DNA of 64,000 nucleotides from Lingula anatina (Eukaryota > Animalia > Brachiopoda): positions 9,238,001-9,302,000 of the forward strand of contig CM120645.1 of assembly GCA_051362555.1 (NCBI GenBank). Direction: 5' to 3'. A program made the position numbers and the translations under genes. Within the stretch, counting starts at the first letter, position 1; the number at the start of each line of letters is the position of its first letter. This document shows, one piece after another, positions 13,892 through 26,639 of this stretch. A model generated the notes under the pieces. That model did no database searches. It was not told the origin of the DNA and saw nothing but the letters and a program-made list of their open reading frames with translations.

Positions 13892-15761
13892 AAATAAACA
13901 AACAATATAAGAAACCAATAAATAAATAAATAATTATATCACCATGCACCTACCACTGTCAATGTACCCAGAAAGAAGCGAAACACCAGGAAGATGTAGA
14001 CATTTGGCGAGAACATGGTCACAGACCCCACCACTGCCGTGCCCGCCAATGTCCCGAAAAATATCTTTCTTCTTCCGTATCTATCAGCCAGGAATCCGAA
14101 GAGGAGATCGCCTAGAAGAATGCCAAAACTGAAGATGGCTTGCGCTGTCTCTGCCAGAAAGTTCTTATCGCAAACCAGGTCCCACTAAAGAAGAATATAC
14201 ATTTAATTATGTATTTTAAACAGGATTGGGCAAATGTTTGTAATCATATCCACATTTTGATTCTGTTTTCTGGGCCTGTTGAACTTAAATGACGTCAAAC
14301 ATTATTGGAGTTACAACAATGCACAACGACCTGTTTATGTTATCAAACCCAAGAATACATTGTTTCAGTGACGTTAAAAATCGTTCTCTGAATTGATCTA
14401 ATATGGCTTTCCAAAATATAGTATTATTTTAAAATCCATGCATCAAACATCGAGTACGGTTCAACTCTTTGCACTGTTCCTTACCTGAGTAACGATGGAG
14501 TTAGTGACGGGGTTATGGCTGTACCACCAGCCGTACTCACAGCCCGTGGTGTAATTGTTGCCTGCGGTGTCGTTGGCGAACAGACTGCACTTCCCAATGC
14601 TGGAAAACGAGTAGTTGCCAGCATCTCCAACCGACGTGTCGTTGAAATCTCCAAATGGAATCTGAGTTAGGAATGAAAGCTATTTAAATTTAAACTGCAA
14701 ACTAAATCCCCCGGTAAAAATTAAGGTAAATGGAATTTAAGATGTACTCGTACGTGGTTTGGTGATAAGGGCGTAAGCATTTATACAATGAACTGTGTTC
14801 CCGTTATAAAAAAAGCAAACTAGAGGTAGAAATGAAAAATTAACAGATTGGAGTATACATTAAAACATTCCGTATTAATTTTAGCTCTTAAAAGATACAA
14901 GTAAAGGTAACTAGGCTGATGGACTTTAGTGGACATAGAAGACATATATCGAGAAAAATAGCCGCGTCTAGATCAGTTCTCACAGAAATTATATTCATTT
15001 TTAATTAAAAAGAAGACGTTAGATGGCTTCCTCCTCTATGTTACCCATATGCTCTGTGACTACCACAATGGACGTTTGACCGAGAAAATTTTTCATCATT
15101 ATTGCTTGCATTCATCTTAACACCGCTACAACTGAGAGATCGTGATCTACATTGACATTTCCCTATGTCTGTCGACTGACGATGCGGGCTAGCTGGGTAC
15201 GGGCACATTTTACATGATTTATGAATTCATATTAATGTGTTTCATCTATATTGAAACAAAAGATAATAAGAGCAAATTGATGTTTATGACTGCTAGGCCT
15301 ATGTGTACAAAGCTATATAAGGCACCTATATAACCTATATGATGTACCCAGTATACTGAAGGCCAACTAATTAAAATTTTAATAGGCATGATGTAAAGGC
15401 ATATCTACTTACATACTGAAAATATGAATGCATTATTTGGCACACAAACATGTATATACACACGCTTACACACATGCACGTATAGATTCATATGTATCTA
15501 TACGTGTACATACTCGTATAGATACATATGGGAAGACCCTCAAACCCCGGCCCTCCCCCCGAAGGCGGTGAGTGAAGGCGGTTCAGGAGGAGAATCCTTT
15601 AGACTTACCCTGCACCTGTGTTCAGGCTCGTAGCCCAAGAAGTTCATGCTGAACGTCTGCCATGCAAAGGGCCAGTTGGAGAGAACAGTGACCAGAAACC
15701 ATGCCAACATCTGGTGCCGTCCATACGGGCCAACGTGCTCCAAGACTTCGTCGTACTCCAT
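10113..15761 (-). CDS. SLC22-family organic cation transporter (MFS). 9 exons: 15609-15761, 14485-14661, 13954-14184, 13071-13267, 12482-12730, 12073-12207, 11565-11650, 10730-10841, 10113-10392
   Basis: All junctions are GT-AG and phase-consistent. Motifs: YDEVLEHVGPYGRHQ, SIVTQWDLVC, LADRYGRR, FVPESVRWL, LDLFRTPKIR, LVYYG, ELFPTVLRS, LPETK. Confidence 0.95.
10921..10968 (-). ncRNA. Putative minimal hammerhead-ribozyme motif in the Penelope pseudo-LTR (inverted twin at 11400-11437, +)
   Basis: UUACUCC-CUGAUGA-U-GGUGACU-GAC-AGUCACA-GAAA-U-AUU-GGAG(G)UAA shows both core boxes, stem II and a possible stem I. Confidence 0.5.
10930..11438 (-). mobile_element. Penelope-like retroelement 3' fragment: GIY-YIG endonuclease C-terminus between inverted pseudo-LTR copies, in SLC22 intron 7
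   Basis: ORF RMKEHK..SALGEH..HPGHHIDFDSLKVIDRE..RKIAEAVHI..PDLNR. About 108-bp inverted repeats at 10933-11042 and 11330-11436; ATTACCTC direct repeat on the flanks. Confidence 0.88.
13842..13888. repeat. (TA)n microsatellite in SLC22 intron 3
   Basis: Direct inspection. Confidence 0.9.
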
Positions 15762-17802
15762 TAGTCTTACAGTACAACTTGACTACCAATGAGCTGAATG
15801 GTCCAGGCAGTCTAGATCTGCGTGTTCAGAGCAAATATATATATATATACACCTGTCCTATATACAGGGGTTATATACGAAGTACTTAGACGATCTTACA
15901 TAAAGACAGACTGAAGCTCTGTGTGGCAATTGTTTTTACGCTGTCGTGTCGTTTTGCGAACCAAAATACCGGCGCGTAGAGTGCACGTGCGTCTATCTCA
16001 CCCCCACAGTTAATGTGTCCTTATCGTCATCCTACCGATTCACTTGATATTATGATTTAGCTGTGTAGTAAACTAAACAATCCTTCTTAAGCAGAAATAT
16101 GCATAGGAACACCGTCATCAGGATTTAGGTATACAGAGGATAAATACGGACACCTGATTCTTGGACACTTACAGTATATGTGACTGAAATCAGCTGTAGG
16201 TAGTTATAGAGTGGCGATAGGTACGTTACACTCATGGCTCAAAGGTTAGGTCGAATACATGTAATACGTCACATTTGTAAACAGGATTTGGGTGAACAGC
16301 AGCTAGCTATAGGTATAACCTGCATCAGTGACAAAATAACACGTCAAGTGTCAACAAAGTGGCGTTATCTGTGACAGGTCCGGGATATAAATGAGAGGAT
16401 GGGAGCCAGAAAACAACTGCTCCGCCTCCCATGTTTAATTTTCACACATTCATAATAAAGAAAAAAAAAACGAAGTGAAATTTATACATTGATAACATCC
16501 GTGTTTTTGTTTGCTAGCTCCTGCTCGTCTAACATCGAGAACAGATATGAACAGATATGAACAAGTTCATACTACCCAAGATGCAGCGTTGAAGTTAGCT
16601 TGGTCTAGCGTCAGGTTTCAGCCGTAGTTTCCAGGTTCGTTTGTGAAAAAAAATTAAGAACCTGTAAACTAGACACTACATGTATACACTAACTTCAGCG
16701 CCACCTTTTGAGATCTCGCAAAACAGGAAAGAACATATGCTCAAGAAGATGCTGTGTGAAGATAAAAACGTGGGTGTTTTGTAGAATTATTTGTTTAAAG
16801 AAACTCTCATTACACGTTTTTTTTAGTAAAGGGCACTGCGCTCGTTTGATTACTAAGACTGGAGGTTGAAGAGACCATTCTCCCAAGAAAGAAAATCCCC
16901 TTACATAACCGTGACGTTCTGGACATCCACTACCCGGTATATATATATATATAGGCCTATGACCCCGTTCCCATAGCTAGATCAATCTAGCAGGATCAGT
17001 CCATCTCCGAGGGGTTTCTTGCTAAATTGCATTCAGCTTAAGTGGCTTAGATGATGTCTGGCACATAGGTCCTAATGCATAAACGAAAACGTAAAAATGA
17101 AGAAGAGATTTCGTGGAATGATATGAAAATTCATTCATTCTAGTTCACGGCTACAAAGTATATATCTAGTTCACAGATCCAGTATCAATAAGTCCGTATT
17201 GTATAGTGACAATAACGACAGTCTGGAGCTTTCGAACGTTTATTCACCGAGTCTCTTTTTCATACAAATTTACAAGTATTTATACGCAATTTCACCTTTC
17301 TGGTCATGCATTTCCTTGTTTTCTTTCCATTGTCTTTGCGTGATCACATTGCGTGATTTTCCATTCTCATATTGCAAACCACCGTTCAACATTTCCTGAT
17401 TAGGTACTTTATTAGAAACTTGTTTTTAATTTATTTTAAACATTACACGAATTACTCATGCTTGGACCATATCCAGCCTTAGTTTGCAAGTGTTTTACAC
17501 GTGTAAGAAACTTGCAAATCTATTGAGAAATTAACCAATCAAATCGAACTATATGTAGGTGACTTTGACATGTTCCATCTTTTCCTACCACGAAAACAAT
17601 TCCTGCACTTGTTGACTGTTAAATAAATTTAATTTACACTTAATAACTCTCTATCCTTTCACTCGTTTGATTCTCCTTTAATTATTACTTGCAATTAGTG
17701 AAAGTGTAAGTCATTTACTTTACAACAGTATTATATATTTCATATATACCTCCTCTCCGCGCAGATCAATATTTAGTTTGCGGGTTTCTACCCTGTATTT
17801 AA

Positions 17803-20094
17803 TCACATGACGGTAAAGCTTAAAGACAAGAACGCAACCTGAGCGTAAAGTGTGATAAAATAAATGGGGACAGCCGGAGACACAGAAGAGGACGCCGTCG
17901 TGGTATGCGTGGCGCCGTCTAGGACTTCAGTGGACCGAGTCTTATTGCCGCCATTGCCACACATGTCGGCATCGCGCGGTCTGGCCATCAGATACAGAGA
18001 TCCCTCAGCCAACTTGATTGAACGCTTTTCCAGAAACTTGTCCATGGATGGCAGCAGACATACCATCTGTTTCCAACCCTCGATGTAGGAGACGCTGGGA
18101 GAATTCCTTGAAATCCTTGCCACATACATGATGCTGAGAGCCGAACCCTCCTCTGCCATCTGCAAACTGCAGTCGTAAGGCTCCATCAGCGAAAGGTTAA
18201 AAGCAATAGCCATATGTCCTATACTGGTATCAATTTTGCCACAAATATTAATGACCGGGCGTTCAGTAAGGTTCCAGCCATCAGGTGCAAAGACAAACTT
18301 CACTTGATAGAACACGCGCTCAAAAGCGTGTAAAAGCGGGCTGCACTCTCCACCAATTGACTTGAAGCCTACTGGGCAGGGCTGGGTGGCCTAAAATCCC
18401 GAGAACAGAACGTTTTCATAAAATCATATTTGTAGTTAACTATATGTTATACGCAGGCCTATGGCTACCTTTAATTTGAATTCTTGGCGCATTTACGGAC
18501 CAGACGTATTAGCGAACGAAGAAATCTCATTTTAAGAGTGACGTCTTGTAGGCTAGCCTACACTAGACGGCTTGGCGACGTTCACGTATGCGCTGTACCT
18601 TTACTCACCTTGTCCACGTTCCACTCTGCGCTGTCGTCGCTGATCCTCAGCAAAGAACTAAAACTTGGGGGCATGTACTTCCTGATAAGTGACGGGTATG
18701 ATCCTGAAATAAAGCTGTGATACTTAGTAAAGAACTTCCTGACCCCCTCCCCCTCGATTTCAGGTCCCCTCTTGATATTAGAATTTTGACTAGCTGAATC
18801 ATAGTTTTTAACCGTACCAAATGGCACCGTTCGCCCTCTAATATACCAACATATTTCGGGACCTTTCAGCGGGCCCAAAACACCACGCGGACTAGACCCC
18901 CCTCCCCCCCGCCCCCCTTCAAATAATCCTGGATCCGCCTTTGCGTGTATCCGTGTTCAGGTACAGAGCGATATCATGTCCTGGTACATGTAATAGAGAT
19001 ATCAGAATCTACCTACCTTCTTGGTACCTTATCCCGGCATAGCACAGCATGCAATGGTAGTTCTTAAACACCTGGATACTTTTGTAAAGACTCGTCTGTG
19101 TCACCGCTGTGTAAGAGAGACACGTGTCACGCAGAGAGGACTGCACGTCAGAGCCACGCAGACTGGACGTCTCGTACAGCGTGTTGTTCACCAGCTCAAA
19201 ATCACACAGCTCCACGTCATTAGCGTTCACTGGAGGGAAACAGAACCTCGGCCTATTAGGGTAACTGCTCGGTTTTAACATCGCATAGCAATCATACTTC
19301 AGGAGAACCATCTCTAGGATGCATTGCCACGACGTACAATTCAGGAATTCTTCCACGGGTGTCAGAATGCATTTCACCTGCACGTGCCACTGAACGCTGT
19401 CCCTGACCCCGTGACACAGCGCGCAGTACTTATTAGCGTACGTCACACCATTGGCGTCCGTGACGGGGAGGAAGGTCTCAAAGTCTGCCCTGGTAGCGTT
19501 GACACATTGCTGCCTGACGTCGCTGTCCTGCCAGGCGTCCGGGCACTGAGCCAGCGTCCAGACGGGGTACACGTGGTGCCAGGAGGCCTGGGACATTCTC
19601 GGCAAACTTGACGAACGACCAACTGTGAAATCAGCATTCTTCTGAATTGGTGTGCATGTCATGAAGCCAGCATGCTGTACAATATGCTCTACCTCTGAGA
19701 TGTCGCTACCCGTGTCCCGGCCAGAGCTGCCCTGTGCCATCTGACTACTGCCATTCCCTGGGGGCAGACCCAGGGGTGGAGCGGCCAATACACCACTGTT
19801 CTGACTGCTGGCACAGTGGTGGGCCACGTCATAGCAGCAGTCTTCAAACAAACAGCACAGTAAGTCTGTAGAACAGTGGATAATGAAGCGGTACCAGGAC
19901 ATCATAGACATCTTGCTGCCATATAACCACCGGTTACCAGGCGGGTTAGAGCCTGGCATGGACGACCCGTGTCCTCCGCCTGGAGAGATCCCGTCCTCTG
20001 TCTTCAACCGACTGCTGTCCACGACACCGTCACAGGGCAGGATACAGTAGCAGAGAAATACCAGCGAAATCTTCATGTACTTGTACATTTTCAT
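17803..20094 (-). CDS. Secreted or GPI-anchored Cys-rich somatomedin-B-domain protein resembling the ectodomain of invertebrate SMB adhesion/Methuselah-like GPCRs. Exons 19017-20094, 18609-18703, 17803-18390
   Basis: Signal peptide MKISLVFLCYCILPCDG; SMB-like CSTDLLCCLFEDCCYD..C; family motifs PVTDANGVTYANKYCALCHG, VFKNYHCMLC, PPSFSSLL. Splicing is in frame. Ends in an S/T-rich linker and hydrophobic tail. Confidence 0.75.
18740..18943 (-). mobile_element. Truncated MITE of the CAGGGGCGGATCC family
   Basis: Shares TTAGAATTTTGACTAGCTGAATCAT and TTCAAATAATCCTGGATCCGCC with the copies at 26259 and 36735. Confidence 0.65.
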
Positions 20095-20970
20095 TGGAGA
20101 AGTGGTAGCCCAAGAGACTACGGCTCGATGTACTGACACCTTGCTGATGTAGTCCAGTTAAATACTGGACATTTTTCGTGTCGGGTTGTCGAGATCGCGT
20201 GCGTCTCGGCGTGCGTCACACAACTGTTGCAGTGATTCTTGTGAAATAATTTTTGAACAGAAACCATATATGATGATTAGCATAGTGCCATGTCAATTCA
20301 GCAGTCAAAACAAATCTCGTCTTGGAACATCCTTTTGTCAGAAGTATACAGAGACGAGACTCCCATTGTGCACTTTTGACAAAAAGGATGATACAAATTG
20401 CTCTCAAAGGTCATTGTTTTTTATTGCCCACCTTGTTCTCTATGAAGGTGGGGGGGGGAGGGTCTGGAAAAAGGCCACTCTTTTTAGACATGTGAAAATG
20501 ATGACAAAAATGGATGAGTTCAAAACTCGGTGATTTAGTGGGTCTTACTGGTGGTCCAAAACAAGTGAGGCCAAATTCGTGCATTGAAGATCATTTTCCC
20601 TGCCTTTGGCTTTGATAAATCTCTGAACCTGCAGATTATTGGATCTTAAGATAAACGATGGGAATATGTGCAATTTTTTATTTTGCAAAATGACTGAACC
20701 CTCTGACAAACTGAATTGCAGTAGCCGAGAAATACCAGCGAAATCTTCATGTACTTGTACATTTCATTGGAAAAGTGGTAGCCCAAGAGACTATACTGAC
20801 ACCTTGCTGATGTAGTCCAGTTAAATACTGGACATTTTTCGTGTCGGCTTGTCAAGATCGCGTTCGTCTCGGCGTGCGTCACACAACAGTTGCAGTGATT
20901 CTTGTTACGAAACAGAAACCATATAAAATGAACAACATCGTGCCATGTCAATTCAGCAGTTAAAACAAAA
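20045..20970. repeat. Tandem duplication of the 5' end of the SMB gene (about 20045-20310 vs 20716-20970)
   Basis: Two near-identical blocks; the upstream copy encodes only MYKYMKISLVFLGYCN before diverging. Confidence 0.85.
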
Positions 20971-22142
20971 TGACAACGCCAGTGAACAGCTCTAAAATAA
21001 AGTCTCATCTTGGAGCTCGGCACCAAAGTGGAATGATTTAATATAGTGGCACCCCGGGATAAAGCAAGATATAAACAAATGGAATAGAACATCCTCATTA
21101 AAATGGTAGAGCATAGAAATCCGAGTTGTAAACCCTTTAAAAGTAAGGCAAAATAAAGATTGCATTCAAATACAAAGTCTTATTGTTTAACAGTATTCCT
21201 CGAGGTGGTTACTGGTACTTTCCATTTGCACATCAAACGGGCGCCATCCAGCATTCCTTGGCTCACGGTTGCTTCATACCAATTTTGGTATATAACAGGG
21301 AAGGCAACAGTTAGGTTATGTTCTGTGAGGTAGTTCGTAAAGAAGGGTCATCCATTAGAGGCAGAGAGTTACAAATAGGTTATGTTCTTTGAGATTGTTT
21401 TTAAGGGGTCGTCCATTTTATCATCGTTATCAGATGTCTGCAAACAGTAGGCGGTGGCCGGGGGGGTGGGGGCGGGGGGGGGGGGGGGGCGGGGGGAGGG
21501 GGGGGGGTTATGCCCTACGTGTATGTACCACACGTGTGTGCACAAAAACATTCAGATTTAATATATACCTGAATAGAACAAAGCATATTATTCTTTGTTT
21601 ATATACGGCTGTGGCTACGAATAGCGTGACCAAAAAAAGAATTCATTTGAAGATTTTATTAAAACCTTTTTCCTTTTGAAAATTATTCTGGCTTCCAAGG
21701 CACATTAATTATTTGTAGTAATTAGTATTAATATTAGTAATTATAAGTTTTTTTAATTTTATAACCTTGTTATCACTACTGAAGTGTTGTAAAGTTAATA
21801 TTTGTGCTCTAATGCCGAGGTTCCCAACTAATTATATTTGATAGTTAATGATGATTGAGGGGAGTGTAGCACTGATTGACATTAAGAATTTAATTTGGCG
21901 TTTCTTTAGTCATCAGTTCGTTTCGTTTCAGGGTGCCTATTAGATCCTATTAGGTCGAATAAGAAGTTCGTAAAAGGGAAAGCTTATAACGGTATTAAAC
22001 TATAAACATGTATATTGAATTGCAGCCAGTAACAAAATATGATGTTTTACACACGTCACAATACAGTTTCCTCTTGGTTTATTTCTTTGAATATGAATCA
22101 GTCTGTGTGACGTGTCCGTTTTTGACGTCAATAAAATTACAA

Positions 22143-25100
22143 TCACAGACTGACGTCACGACCAACTATTGTGAAAGACGCCCATTCGGTGCGAGGCCGA
22201 TCTTGCATGGTTTGCATGGCATTCCTGAGTGCGCGGCTGACTGTTTTTCTCGCGATAAGATCTTGATAAAAGCTGGTCATAAAGGCTTTGGTCGCCTGGT
22301 CCGGCAGTTGCCATAGTGCCACTACCACCGCCTTGGCTCCTATAAATACAATGTACATTTTCATGTTTTCTTAAAATTCAGTTTATCACTTCCCTAGGCC
22401 TAGAAAGGATTGTTCTATATAATTAGTATGCGAACAGGTTATGAGAATACTTACGCCAAGATTTTGTCTGTTTCTTAAAAACTATAAAAAAGTGATTAAA
22501 TAATAGTAATATGTACATAGTAAAAAAGTAAACGTTACTCTTTGAAAACTTAAATAAAGATGTTGTAGCGCACCTGCTACTAGAAATGCCCTGGACAGTC
22601 CTACCACGCCCTCGTTTTTTATCTCCCCACTTCCGCTGTGGCAGGCACTGAGAACAACAATTTTAGCTCGTAGTTTCATCTCCATCACCTCCTCTGCAGT
22701 CAAGTAGACATCCTTGCTGGATAAGGTCCCGTCTTCTGGCGACCCGTCGGGAGACAAAACCAAGGCTGTCTCGGACCAGCTGCCATGACAGGCCACGTGG
22801 ATGACGTCAGCACGAGGTAGTTCCTTTTTTACAACGCTAAGTCGTGCGCGGTCTCGGAGAAGAGGTTCCGTGCCTAACATTCCCGCGATAAGAATCGCTT
22901 CATCTTCGGCACCTGGTAACTTGCACGGTGTCCATTTTTGTCCGCAAATGTCGATTTCTGGGACAGAAGGATTACCCACAACTAGTGCCCGGGGCTGTGT
23001 TTTCTCTTCACTAGAAGATGAGTCTTCTCGAAGGGAGTGGGCTAAAATCTCCAACGATGGCATAACGGTGGCGCAGTAATCATTGATGAGGAGAGCTGGG
23101 AAAGGCACCAAATGCAGCTGAAGGTCGGGTATGATGACGATGTTGCTGTATCGACCGCCATCTTTTTTCAGCACATTTAACACGGGAACAAGGATGCCGT
23201 CATACCACCTTTGAAACACTTTCTTCAAACCATTGCCTTTGGACATAAGAGTGACGTCATGGGTGCTAGAAGAATCGAGCACGCTGTCCAAGTTATTTCG
23301 AGTACGACCTTTCCAACCGCCCATTCTCCAGTTTACACTAGGGATGGTCTGAATCCCAGCTGGGGATGGTGGAGAGAGTGACCGCAGCACGGACAGCTCA
23401 CTTAAGAGCCCCGTGACCTTAGTGTCCGGGCACGTGACGTCATAGTCAAGAAACGTGACGTCATCTTGCTGCGGTCGGATGACCCAGGCGAATAGTTTGT
23501 CGTTGATTAAGGCAAATACCACCACGGGTACGTTGGCAGTGTTTACAACCCGGTGGATTGCTTCTGGACCTCTTATATGATTTGTGATATCTGTCTTAGG
23601 ACGTCTGGCGTACATGATATCTAGCATTGACCGGGCTCTACATTGCTCAGCCACTGACAGAGCCTCGGTGTATTTTTGTTGCTGTATATAAATTTCCTGT
23701 TGACCAGTGAAGCACTCTATCGCCGACTCGAAGTATTCTATTTTGTTGTCATCGTCATTCAACTTTCTTTCTCGAACATGAGATGCCACTATAATTGCCT
23801 TTCCGTATTCTCCACTGGCTTTCTCTAGCAAACCTTGCTCCTTGTACAAGGAGCCCTGCAGGGTGAAGTAAATTTGTTCCAGTTCTGTACTTAAGTCATG
23901 AGCCATCTCCCGACATGCCGAAGCGTGTCTTTGAGCCTCAAGAAATCTCCCATGCTTCGTGCAAATCCTCACAATTCGTTGATGACATAAACACTCAATA
24001 AGCAGGTTTTTAGCCTCCCGGGCCAATTTAATCGTCCGTTTAAAATGCGAACTGGCGTTCTGAAGAAGAGCATATGTGTATTTTGTTTTGCATAAACGGT
24101 CCTTGTCTTTTATTTCATCAGCAATATCTATTGCGTCTTCGCAGCATTTTACAGCTTGCTGAAATAATAGAGGGTCACTTTCGGATTTAGAACGTGCCTC
24201 CTTAAGTGTAAAGTAAGCTATTTCCATTTTCACATCACCAAGACGAACGCGGTCTCCTAAGTTCTGCAAAACGCGTCGGTTTTGTTCAAGAAAACGCAGT
24301 GCCCTTTCATTGTTTCCAATCAGTATGTAAGTTTTGCTCATGCAAGTCAGACACAAACTCAGTATTTCTTGAGAATCGTAGTCATTTTCATCGAGGGATT
24401 CCGCGATTTTTAACGCTTGGGTGGCGTGATCAAAAGAAATCTGGAATGAGTCGACATAACGGCGATGATTGGCCATATAAATATGAGTTTTGGCTAGCAA
24501 GAACTTGTCCCCCAGGCCTTGGGCTATTTGCAGCGCTTTCTCCAGCACCTCCCAATCCGCATAGTTGTATGGATCTGAAACACGGACATCTTGCATTAAG
24601 AGCAAACACGTTGCAACAATGTCTTTCCTGTCAAGTTGTTCGGCCAAAGCGTTGGCTTTGTATATATAGTCAGACGCTCTCAAAAAGACCTTCCAATCGA
24701 TGCAAGAGCGACCCAACTGCATAAGCAAGCATGCTGCTTTTTCTTTCAATCCCCTTATCTCTGCTATGTTTAAAGCCCCTTTCAGGTAATCATGTTGGTT
24801 TTTGAAGTCGTATTTCACACTGTAACACCAGGCAATGGTCTCGAAAAGGTTCATTAAAGCGTCTGTCACATTATCATTTTTTAACAGAAGTTTCGCTTGT
24901 CGCTCCCCGCCTTCCCCCAGGCTATCCTTTGCTGTTATGTAAAAAGGCAATGCCTTTGCCTTCTCTCTGTGCTTTAGGGTTTCACTATAAACCACACCCA
25001 ATGCCTGGTATGCCAATGATTTTAAGATGACTTTGTCTGTCGGGTTGGAACTATCCAAGGTCATGCAGGTTTTGTTGTAAAAATTGTACAGTATTTTGTT

Positions 25101-25214
25101 AGATGTGGACTCCACGTCCTCCTTCATTGCCAATAAAGCGGCGGTGTACTCCCCTTGTTGAACGAGGGTCTCGATGTCTTGCAAATGTTGGTTTCCTTCA
25201 ATAATGCTGTCCAT
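22143..25214 (-). CDS. TPR-CHAT protein copy 1 (TTC28-like, caspase-fold CHAT domain). Exons 22574-25232 (ATG 25214) and 22143-22339
   Basis: TPR-like helices followed by AEQCRARSMLD, IVIIPDLQLHLVPFPAL, ALVVGNP, LPGAEDEA, IHVACHG, VVLSACHSG, GVVGLSRAFLVAG|AKAVVVALW, WASFTIVG. Confidence 0.93.
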
Positions 25215-25774
25215 CTCTATAGGAGAATGCAACTGCAAAATCAGAAAAAAAATACTGCAAAACATGGCATGTTGTCTTGTTGTTACTCATAACACAAAAC
25301 TAATTTTTAATCTCTGACATATCATACAGGGTAACCCATAACAGTTCTATTAAATCCTACAAAGAATTATCAAATTGTAAACAATTTGCTCGATATAAGT
25401 TTAATATATGCAATAGCATTCCCTAGACTTCCAGTTATCTTGGTTGCTTTAGATAAAAGTTATGGTTTATTAAGCTTCAAAGGTCCATCTATCAAACTTT
25501 AAAGGTTGGTCTGATTTTTAGTTTTAGAATACATATGTTTATAAGTTATAAGTTTCAGTTTCAGTTAACTTGGTTGCTTAACATAAAAGTGATATTCTTT
25601 GAATAATATCATGATTCAAATGGTCTCGCGGCATTGGTGACACAGATGCATACGTCGGGCAAAGTTGGCAATTACTCCCAACAGATTCTTCTGATTTTTG
25701 CTGTGGTTGCTACCCTTAGTTCATCAATCATTTGGGGCTGTTCTGGTGCACATTATCCTCGAGATACATGTATC

Positions 25775-25930
25775 CAGGGCCGTAGCCTCCGGGGGGCAGG
25801 GGGGCAGCTGCCCCCCCTGGGATTAAGAATTTTCCACAGTGGTAGGGGACACCCCCTCCCCTCTCGGGGGCTTCGCCCCCTCATGTCCGCTTTCTGCCCT
25901 CCGTGGCATTTTGCTCTGGCCACGACCCTG
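25775..25930. mobile_element. Short MITE (CAGGGCCGTAGCC type)
   Basis: CAGGGCCGTAGCC...GGCCACGACCCTG with GTATC repeated on both flanks. Confidence 0.65.
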
Positions 25931-26258
25931 GTATCCCAAACTAGGGGATTTCAAGCCCGGTAAATGTTGTGCCCCTGAACGTTGGGTGGGGTGGGGGTCA
26001 CCCTGTAATTTCGATGAAATGGTGATTTCGATGAAATGGAAAGAATCCCACGTTCTACTTAAGAAATGTCACTGATCACATTTCAGTACCACTACTAATA
26101 GGACGTGTCAGAGACAAGAAAGTTTCAGTTATAAGGCTATCAAAATTTAAGGGTGTGTCTGATGTCAAATTTTAAAATACATATATTTATATGTTATATG
26201 TTATAACAGTCGGGAATGCAAGAGAACTGTGGTCAAAGATCATTAGTCAATAGCTTTA

Positions 26259-26533
26259 CAGGGGCGGATCCAGGATTATTAGAAGGGGGATTGTGGATGC
26301 GAAGCCGACCCCCCCCCCCACACCTTCTTGGCGTGGGTTTTGGGCCCACTGAAAGGCCCGGTAAGATTTTGGTATTTTATTGGTCTATTTTGTACAGTTT
26401 AGAACTATGATTCAGCTAGTCAAATGTCTACTTTGAAGAGGAGGTTATTGGTGTTATTTTATTTTTAAGAAATCAAAAGGGGGGGGGAGGCGGTTGGGAC
26501 CTCCCTGACACCTCCCCCCTAAATCGGCCCCTG
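26259..26533 (+). mobile_element. MITE, CAGGGGCGGATCC family
   Basis: CAGGGGCGGAT...ATCGGCCCCTG; absent at the homologous position in repeat unit 2 (about 34440). Confidence 0.75.
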
Positions 26534-26639
26534 GCTAACAACAGGTGTCCAGCGAGGTCAAACTCACCCATTTCTACATTTTACCACAAGGGGCGGGGGG
26601 GGGGGGGGGGGGGCGGCTGGGGGGGGGGGGGATCTGACT

